64,000 nt of DNA from Nageia nagi (lineage: Eukaryota; Plantae; Pinophyta): contig JBITNC010000001.1 of NCBI GenBank assembly GCA_050084985.1, positions 62,000,001-62,064,000 of the forward strand, in the 5' to 3' direction. Below the pieces are notes generated by a model, which searched no databases, was not told the DNA's origin, and was given only the letters and a program-made list of their open reading frames with translations. The translations under genes and the position numbers were made by a program. Shown here piece after piece: positions 54,486 through 64,000 of the stretch; position 1 is the first letter of the stretch, and each line of letters begins with the position of its first letter.

Positions 54486-54859
54486 TTGGATTTAAAACCA
54501 TGTTGGAAGCTCTTGCATATAGTTTTGGTGTAACACCTAGGGTTGAAATTTGATACCTGTATTAAACATTAATAAGGTTTTAAAATATTTATTATAGTTA
54601 AAATTCTTTCTAACCATCATATAAAAGAGACACATATTTCTATTATCAAAAAATATATATGTATAATAATAAAAAAAATTGTAAATTTTTTAAATTTTAT
54701 AAAATATTCATCTATGATATTAAAATTCATATATATATTTTGTTAAGTGAGATTGTTGAGCAAGGTGTTGATCAAAGTGTCATCATTATTGTCAACACAC
54801 TGAATTGAAAATGGAAGGTTGTTTGGAATCATTTTGAAAAGAAATAAATTTTATGGATA

Positions 54860-55080
54860 TATTTCTAGAGCTATCATAATGTTTTGAGTCTTTCTGAAAA
54901 GCAGCATAGTTTCTAGAGTCCACACCTCATTCTAGAGCTTAATTTTTTTGGATCATTCTTTATGGATCTTGTTTCTAGAGCTACATCATTATTTTGTAGC
55001 CATGTCATTATTCTAGAGCTACATCATTATTCTAAATCTCAATCATCATTCTGTAGCATACTTTCTAGAGCTTATTGAAT
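54860..55080. repeat. Degenerate short repeats built on TTCTAGAGCT
   Basis: At least six ttctagag occurrences. Confidence 0.7.
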
Positions 55081-55843
55081 GTTCATGCCTTAGTCATTTT
55101 TGGAGCTGTTAATAGGTGCAAATTTTTGTTAAGGGAAATATTAACAGATCTACTGGAAATGATCCAAAGTGATTTAAGGTACCAAATTTGGATCAATGGT
55201 ACTTCATATTAGAGGTAATACATTATCCAATTTGAGGGTTTATGGACAAGTAATATGGAAGTTATAGGGCCCAAAAATTATAGTTTCACACTTTTCAACT
55301 ACTAAAAAATACAGTGAAAAATCTATGTCAGAGGCCAACTTTGTAGCATTGTTGGGAGCGATTCCTAAAGAGTTAAGAGCTAAAAAAGTGTACTATATAT
55401 AGTTTTTACAACTAATAAGATGTGCATAAAATTTTATAGTCATTGTATTATGAGGAATAAATTATGAGCATTACAAAATGGTTCTACAACACTTTTTAGC
55501 ATTTTTTAAGTAATTTCCAATTTTGGACTGTGATAAGTTTGACAAAATACTTCATTTTTATTAGAAGTTGAATAGTCAAAGAAACATAGTTAGAATTAAT
55601 TTTTCCATTTACTATTTGAATATTTAAGAAAAGAAAAATGAAATGGATTGTAGTTTCTAAATAAAGTAGCCAACATGTAAAAAGAAAAAATTATGCTCCC
55701 CAACAATTACAATTTAGGAGAAAACATGCCAAAAATAAAATTCATTTCTCTTGTTTAGTAACTGATGGTGGATACAAATATTTATGCTAACAAAGAATAA
55801 GTGTGGAGAGAAAATGTGAGTATTGTAACTATTGAAAAATTTG

Positions 55844-55943
55844 NNNNNNNNNNNNNNNNNNNNNNNNNNNNNNNNNNNNNNNNNNNNNNNNNNNNNNNNN
55901 NNNNNNNNNNNNNNNNNNNNNNNNNNNNNNNNNNNNNNNNNNN
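55844..55943. other. Assembly gap (100 N)
   Basis: Direct reading. Contiguity across the gap is unproven. Confidence 1.
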
Positions 55944-56863
55944 GGATTGGCTGATGTTAGTAAAAGGGACCCACTTAGTGCTTAGACTACATAATGCAAA
56001 GTGAGCATCTGATTAAAGCTTATTGAAACCTTTCTTTTTAGTCACTACTTGTTGATTTCAGGGTGGAGCTAATATTTTTGGGTTATTATGGTTATTTTAA
56101 TAGTTTGAGGACCATGTTTGATGGGATTTATTTTTTCCACCAAAAAGTATCGAGAAATAATTTCCTAAATTATTTATAGAGTTTTGATTATTAAGTGTTA
56201 GGTATTTTAGAAGGTTGGTAATATTTCAAAGGCCCTGGAATATTACTAAATCCTAGTTGTTAGGTTGTTATAACTATTTTAGAGGAAGGTCAAGTGGGAG
56301 ATAAGATTGGTTGATAGCCATAACCAAAATAAACTCCATGAGGTGTGATTTCAATTAATTTGTTATAACTAAATTTTATAATCCTAGCTTCCTTAAATTT
56401 ATAAAAGGGAGACTAATGAGTGTTATTTTTTTTTTGAGTAATTTTTTTGCATATCCAAGGGAGGAAAATGAGTGTGAAGAGTTAGTGGAAAAACTAAGTG
56501 TTAAAAATTAGTGTTACGATTTAAAGGAGAAATTATACAACATCTCCACGAAAATAAAATGAGCTTGTTGGGTAAATTCTCTTATGGTGGTTTTATTTCC
56601 TTGATCATTTATTTTGCTACTTCACTTAGAATTCTATTTCTTTTTACATAATGCTCTCCTTGAGATAAGAAGGAAAATTTTAAATAATGCATATTTGGTG
56701 AGATAGAAAATTATCATAGGCAATCTATCTTTATGAATTATTATTTGGGCTATGTATCATTCCTTCTTCCAAGTGTATGATGAAATGCTTATTTAACACA
56801 ATAGTTCAATATTTTCACATGCATTATAGATTTTAAAGAAATATAAAATATATAAGTTGAGCG

Positions 56864-56960
56864 CATATTATCATACATTTGGAATAATATATGAGTTCAT
56901 ATTATCATACCTTTGGAACAATATATGAATGTATATTATCATACCTTGTGAAGATATACT
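56864..56960. repeat. 34-bp tandem repeat, about 3 copies
   Basis: atattatcatac(a/c)tttggaa(t/c)aatatatga unit. Confidence 0.85.
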
Positions 56961-57749
56961 CATGTTAGTTGCATTTAAATATTGTATAGTGAGGTGGGAT
57001 TATGTATACTTTAATATGCCTTATAATATTGTGGGTCAAAAATGATTTCATATCATATTCATGTACATTTAGATTAATCCTTATAGCAAATACATATATT
57101 GATATAGTTCTTGATTATAAAAAGTACAAAATTACCATCCTATACATATTGTAAAATAGTTGTGGTCTACAAAAATAATACATGGTTTAACAAATTATAG
57201 TTTCTTAGGTAATACATGTTCTGTTGGATCAAACATAAGTGGCTATAAAAACTAAGCATTGATAAATAGGCTTATAGAATTGATTAGTTCACCATAAAGC
57301 TAAGAAATTGTTCTGGTTCCTCCATAGAAATATCTATTGAAGCTCTTTTGGGAGTAGCTAAATCAACATTAGGTGTGATAGGAGTAAGATGACTAAACAT
57401 GGTTTCATATAAAAGCCTATATAATTAGAATTGATTTACAAGGGAGTTAGGGGGCATATGATTAGTAATAGCTTGATATTGGAAGTTGTTAAGGGCAACA
57501 TAGGTACTAGTTAGAATCTTGTACATATCCCTTAGTATTTGATGATGTTTATGAAAGGGGGTTGATAGAGTACTTTGTTTCCCTTGGAAGTTAGTAATAA
57601 AAACATAGGCAAGGCTTGAAATGTTGTACATGTCTATTAGTATATGATGTTTTGCAGGCAAGGGGGTCAATGGAGTATGCTTATCACAAAACTAGTTGTA
57701 CCATTTATCAAATTCCTCTTATTGCCAACCTAAATTTTTTTCCTTTTCA

Positions 57750-59780
57750 ACTCTCTATGCTTTTATTGTTGTAGCCTTTCCTCTTCCCTCCTTTTTCTCA
57801 TTAGCTATATTTCAATTTTTTTTCTCTTTCTTCAATTTAGCAAAGTTTCTTTGCCTCTAGTTGCTCTTTCTTCCTTATTGTTGTTCAAGTTATTATTTTA
57901 TTTCTTCTTGTTTATCATTCAAAATCATGTAATCATTTGTACTAATGATTTGACATTTCCTTTCCAGTCTAAGTGAATTTTTATTATAGGGAGTGGACCT
58001 CTTTATAACCCATTCAATGGGTAGCTTCAAAACAAATTTAACTTACCTTGATTGCACATGACCTCCTAATTTGTTGTTTTAACTTCAACTTCATTCTAAT
58101 TCAAATTTTAGTATCCAAATATGTTGTATGTGCATAATAAGAATCACCTCTGAGATGAGTACTAGAGGTGGAGAAGTAATGGATGAAGAGGTTTATTTAT
58201 TGTTCAAATCAATTTTCTCTCCTATGTTTGCAACACCTTATTTAACCTAATTTGGTGGTTCGAATTATGTTGGTAAGCTCATATCATCATGTAATTCATT
58301 TTTATATTAGTTTTGCCTAACATGAATTGGTGAACTCATATCTTCAGTTGGGTTATATGTTGTTGTAGATTATTCTGTTTATATATGTGCCAAATATTGT
58401 CCCACTTCATCATATGCATTACCAACCAACCTTAACATGATTGCAATGCTTGCAAGATCTTTTATAATGAATGTCTTACTTGGTCTCATATCATTAGAAA
58501 GTGCTTCCCTATTCACTGGCCATATTCTAGTTCTTTAAAAACCTATTATTATATTATTAGAAATCAGGGCAAGATTGAAAGCTTTACTTGCAAGTTCTGC
58601 TAATTTTGTTCTCCTAATTTTTATGTGTCAATATTTTTCCATCCATTTTAACCTTTATATTTTGAAATAAATCTTGAATGGAGAGAATACACTTACATAT
58701 AAAGGATGTAGTTTATGGATTGTATGTGTAAGCAATGTAAGAAGATCAATACCAAGAGATCTTGCCTCTTGAATCATGGATAAAGCCACACAACTTCCAT
58801 GTCCATAAAAAATAAGGATATATCTATTTGTGATTGAAGCCCCAACTAGAACTGATATGAAAAATGGTGCAACAAATTTAGGAATAAATTCTTATTCATC
58901 CAAGCATGAGGTTGTGTTGGTATGAAGGTCCATGCTTCACAATTTGTAATGTAATTTTTCAACTATCTCTTTTCCTTAAGAAGGTATATTCTTAGAATGT
59001 TGTATTCTATTGCATTAATAAAATATAAAATTATTATCCATTATCTTTTTTTGGTTAGTATATGTTGCACACTTTTATTTTTCAACTATGTAATCATTCA
59101 TATTCCATAATTTCTACCTGCTTGTACTTGTTTCATCATAATTCCATATCTTCATTGGTTCATATTGATTAGTATTGTACAAGATTTCTAAATTATCATA
59201 AAAATTGGTGATAATGGATGGTCACAACATCACAACTCTATCTATAGCCAAACCTTCTATAGTCCTTATAGTTAAACTTGGATGATATTTGCAGAAACCC
59301 ATCCACCATGATCTACTTGGTAATCCATTCTTGAAAGAATTTGGCTTATTTATTAGATATGCACCACATGCAACTTCAATTGAATAACCTCTAAACCATA
59401 ACCAAGTTGAGCCAACTTTTTGCACCATTCAATGATTTCCAACTCTTGTTCTATAGAAAGGATTATTGGTGGTAGCTTTTGTTTGTTATTTTCAATCCTA
59501 ACAACCAATATGTTAAACTGCTAGTAGGAATTCTCCATTTTTTTTCTACTGCTCTAATGCAAAACCCATTATCCTTGAAATCTTCAATGGAATAATCCAT
59601 ATCTTATTATGTCTATATTTTTCTATTACCTTTTTATTTTTCCTTTTCCTTTCATTTATGATGTTAAGAATATTTTTCAACAACATCCATTGTATATTCA
59701 CTATTTTGAATGAGATTACATGGTACCTCATTATGAGATGGAGTGGTTGATGTGTTAGTATCATTTGAGTCAACCACATG
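57750..59780 (-). mobile_element. Decayed pogo/Fot-like (IS630-Tc1-mariner, DDE_1) transposase
   Basis: Manual translation gives a psq-like HTH (IRAVEKKWRIPTSSLTYWL), a CENP-B-type HTH (ILSIEQELEIIEWCKKLAQLGYGL; FKNGLPSRSWWMGFCKYHPSLTIR), IWNYDET (~59130-59150), RYILIFYGHGS...LLTHTIHKLHPLYVSVFSPFK (~58670-58830) and NIIIGF*RTRIWPVN. Confidence 0.88.
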
Positions 59781-59984
59781 CAATGTTTCTCATATAGGTA
59801 AATTAGTCCTCAAATTTTAGTTTGTTATTTTACTCTTTATTTTTCCCACCACCATAATGCTTAAACAAAAAAGATATAAAAAAATATGGATTTCACATGC
59901 ATATAAAAAGCTATCGATTTTACATGCATATAAAAGATCAAGTAAAACATAAAAAATTTTATAATAAAAGGGTTTGTAATAAGA

Positions 59985-60170
59985 AAACTTCAATGAACAT
60001 GGGATATTTCCTACTATTTGTAATAAAAGTCTTAGCACTAAGCTTATGATAACAAGTATATATAAAAAATTATAACACAAAGGAACCTATGATAAGCAAA
60101 CTCCAATGAGTATAGGATATTGCTTACTATTTGTAAAAAAAATCTTAGCACTGAGCTTATGATAACATAG
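59985..60170. repeat. Direct repeat (period ~113) upstream of the transposase
   Basis: aaact(t/c)caatga...ggatatt...tactatttgtaa...tcttagcact(a/g)agcttatgataaca occurs twice. Confidence 0.8.
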
Positions 60171-62716
60171 CCTAGTATTTCTACCCTAGTTCATAATGTT
60201 TAAAACCCTCATGTCTTCTTGTCACCATGTAGTAAATTATCTTACTATTCTATTTATTACCACATATCAGTATCCAAGAGTACAAAAAGATACACCAAGT
60301 AATCATAGGAGTAATTATATGAGGCTATATTCTCTTTTGTTTATTAATGCATCTTAGTATCCGAGGGAAAATAAGGAGATACAATAAGTAATCATAGGAG
60401 GTTGAATTCTCTCTTACACCAAATAGCATGCTTTGGTTTGAGCTTGATTTAATTAAGGTTTTGGCTGAAAAATAAAAGCAATATTTGACACACTCTTCTT
60501 GTAATTTGATTCTATTGTTCCATATTGGGAAAAACACTAAAATTGTATTATTCCTTTTATTATTTTAGAAACTAACTTTCAAGAAACAATTAGAGTGCAA
60601 AGATAAACAATCTTAATGTAATGTAATCCAATTATATTACTCATCAAATCTTTATGCATAGCATATCTCTAAGATAAAATATAAGAATGTGTAAGACTTA
60701 GTACATGAACATATACAACATAAGATGAAACATTTTGTATTGAATCAGATACTATAAAAAGTTGCCTAAATTTTAGGCAAATGGCAAGGGGAAACTACCA
60801 ATTTAACTCTCAAAATACATTAACTGATGCTTTTCATGAGGAATAGTGCTACATAAGAGTGATGAGTAGAATGAGCTACCACATGGATCAACTTGCACCT
60901 AAAAAAGCATCCCAAAACCCAAAACAATTTATGCCCATGTCTTTTTCCAACACTAATTATGAATTATTTCCAAATTCATTATTAGATATTATCAAGTTGA
61001 TATTAATATGGCTTTTAACTATAATAATTAAATTTTTTTATGTAAAAACATAGCTTGTCATGGTATTTCAAAGAACCTTTAACATAGCAATTGAAAGTTA
61101 GATATGAATATGAATTTTAAGAGTCACAATGGCATTTCAAGTAACCTTACAATAAACAAAAAATAATAATATGCCTTTAAATACTTAATATAATAGCTAC
61201 ACATGAAATATAAATTTATCTACAATTTGACAATGATTCTTTGTTAATGGTCACAATGAAAACACCTTTATATTTTTAGCATCCCTTGGATAAGATATAA
61301 AGAACCATTTGAGTGTGTACATGCAAAGAGTGCCACTACTTCTAAAATATCTAACAAATCAATTATTTCATAGTGCATGAAGATATAAATGAGTACATAC
61401 AAATATGAACAATTCTCTCCCAAAAGAACATCCACCAAGCATAGAACAACATACACCAAATGTAGAAATTTGTAAGAATGTGTAGACTACAACTTTGTTA
61501 AATGCAAGGAATGGTATTTATATTATTTCTTTCCCTACTAAACTTTAAATTTGCATGATCCATGGCTTTAATTTCCCTCTTGTGTTTTGAACTTGTATGA
61601 TATGTGGCTTTGAAATCCTCCATGTTTATTGGATATAAGAGTTGATGTGGGCAATTTGATTGAGGAAATTTTAATTTTTCATGCATTAATTATTTGATTG
61701 GTGAGTGTCACATCAAAATTTCTTCTACAAGAAATAATAATATGGTTATTTAATGTTTAGAACCTAAGGGAGATGGACTTCAAAAGTTGAGATTTTATTA
61801 TTTAGCCTAAGGGAGATGAGTTGCATGACAGATGATGAGTACTCTGATTTTATGTGGGATGGGATAAGGGATATAAATATAAGTTTTTTTATTTATGTTT
61901 TGTTGGGAACTAAAATTTGAACAATTATTTACTTGATTTGACACATTTTGTCTATGTTTTTAGATAAAAATTTGGTTTGTTTATTGTATTTTAAATATAA
62001 TATTTTATATTACTATTATTATATTTTCAACAATATTTTGAAGTTATTATTTTTAAGATTTTATTATGTTTTATAAATGCTTGTTGAAATTAATCAAAAT
62101 GTTTTATTATATTCACATTAATGAATGGGTAGTTGCATACTTTTTAATATACCAATGATATATTTAAAATAATTATTTATAGTGCACTTGTTACTATAAA
62201 AATTTATAAGAGTTGATAATTTAATGCTCAATCAATGGACCAAAAATGTTATATGAATGAAAACATATATGATAATAATCCTCACAACCATTGGAATGTG
62301 CTTAAGTACTAGGTCATCTCTCCTACTTGACAAACATTGATAATATATAGGCAAAGGCTATCTAGCCTCCAGAATTCCTTATACGCAAATTTCCCTTATG
62401 ACACAACTAACATGGTGTAAATGTTGAGTATGTTAGTAAATGTTTTGTTTTAGGGTTAAATGAACTGCATTTATCAATTTATAGTAATCAAACTACATTT
62501 ATTAGGGTTAAACAAACTATGTTTATCATTTAGGTTAATCGAGATATATTTAACAAAAATGCTAAAAATAATTGAAGTGTTGGAGCTAATAACTATCAAA
62601 ATTGTCTTACAAGAATTTGAACTAGCATCTACAATAGAAACTCATACTATTTTGACCATCATACCATCATAACAACACAAAATACACCTACTAATGTTTC
62701 TATTTAAAATGAAAAA

Positions 62717-62777
62717 AGGGTTAATGAAACTTCGTATAACCCCTAGAAAGAGGGTTATATGAAGTGGCATTAACCCT
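62717..62777. repeat. 26-bp inverted repeat / hairpin
   Basis: agggttaatgaaacttcgtataaccc - 9-nt loop - gggttatatgaagtggcattaaccct. Confidence 0.9.
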
Positions 62778-63343
62778 CGCATTAGAAAAAAATAATAGAC
62801 CCACCAATGCTTGTTTTTGGCATCTAATGATGTCAGATGTGCCATGATACAAAGAAAAAACTATGAAGGCTAGATAGCCTATGCTTAATAGATATGGATG
62901 TATCTAACTAGGGATTGATCATCCCCAAGGTTTAAATATAAATTTGATGTTCGACCATACATGTCATAAGAAAAAAAAACCAATATTTTTTCAATTATAT
63001 TACTTTTTGAAATATCATTTAATTTTATTTTCACAAGTTAAATTTGATATTTTAATATTTTTTTCAAGAACTTAAATTTAATATTGAATTTGAATACTAA
63101 GCTTTTATTTTTTATATATTAAACTTCCATTTTTATATTAATTGTTTTGCATTATGATATTTTAAATGATATGTATTTTGTTATTATTAAAGTGATAAAT
63201 TAATAAAATATTTCTTGATCATTACTATCCATAGTATTGGAGTTAAGCAAACTCAACAACCACTTCATCCCTAAAGTTAACACTAGTGAAAGTTAATGAT
63301 TAGGTAGGAAAATAATAACTTCAAGCATAACACAAATGGTGTT

Positions 63344-63837
63344 TTCTTTCTAGGAACAACCACCAACAAAGTTTAAGGCAAGAATACACATAATAACCAA
63401 AATGTTTTTAAAGGGACTAAGGGGAGAGAAGAATACAATTGAATAAAGACCAAAACTATATTTTTCATTTTATAGAGAAATATTTACCTGGAATAAAAGT
63501 AATAAATTTTCAAATTCAATGTATCCACCCTTTAATGCTTTCTCCTGGTTAAAACTATAGACCATAAATAATGAATTAAATAAATAATTCTTTCTGGGAA
63601 CAACCACCAACAAAGTTTAAGGCAAGAATAACACATAACAACCAAAATGTTTTTAAAGGGACTAAGGGGAGAGAAGAATACAATTGAATAAAGACCAAAA
63701 CTATATTTTTCATTTTAATAGAGAAATATTTACCTGGAATAAAAGTAATATAATTTTCAAATTCAATGTATCCCACCCTTTAATGCTTCTCCTGGTTAAA
63801 ACTATAGACCATAAATAATGAATTAAATAAATAATTC
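63344..63837. repeat. Near-identical ~245-bp tandem duplication
   Basis: Two copies differing mostly by single-base indels. Confidence 0.95.
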
Positions 63838-64000
63838 ATTAATATGATATATAATATAATTTGTTTGAAGTAATACAATTGATATATGATTTATAAATTA
63901 CGTAAAAACCTCATAAATGAATAGAGTTTTTTGAGTACATGCAAAGTAAGTGGTCACATGACTACCTTTTGATCATCAGTATGCTATAGGAAGTTGAATT

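Noticed and set aside
55944-57368. Additional LTR ending ...aatcaaca
   Set aside because: The terminus is LTR-like, but the start is lost in the gap and there is no TSD, PBS or partner. Too weak to list.
62726-62768. loxP-like arms (AACTTCGTATA ... TATATGAAGT)
   Set aside because: The spacer is 17 nt rather than 8, the arms are incomplete and there is no vector context. Best read as a chance resemblance inside a larger hairpin.

Overview
AT-rich, strongly CpG/CHG-depleted plant nuclear DNA. The element families and architecture suggest a large-genome gymnosperm (inference). About 46 kb is nested, decayed Ty3/gypsy LTR retrotransposons: four Tat/Ogre-type copies, three with a visible RT-RH-aRH-INT order, and one chromovirus-like copy. 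One Tat/Ogre copy is structurally complete, with both LTRs and a near-perfect TSD (35856-43747), and sits in opposite orientation inside a relative. Another carries an antisense plant mobile domain (PMD) ORF region containing a solo LTR with a perfect 5-bp TSD. The only apparently intact host sequence is exon 1 of a minus-strand MATE/DTX transporter (48446-48730) in a CpG-retaining island. I found no exon 2 in the 48 kb downstream, so the retroelement block may be one giant first intron. Upstream lie a TIR element carrying a tRNA-derived segment, a decayed copy of the same exon 1 (~53415-53915), a 100-N gap and a decayed pogo/Fot-like DDE_1 transposase. The best candidate for an undescribed signal is a ~145-nt multi-hairpin module, present in four copies, in the 3' UTRs of the nested Tat/Ogre pair. 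All alignments and translations were done by eye and no database searches were run.
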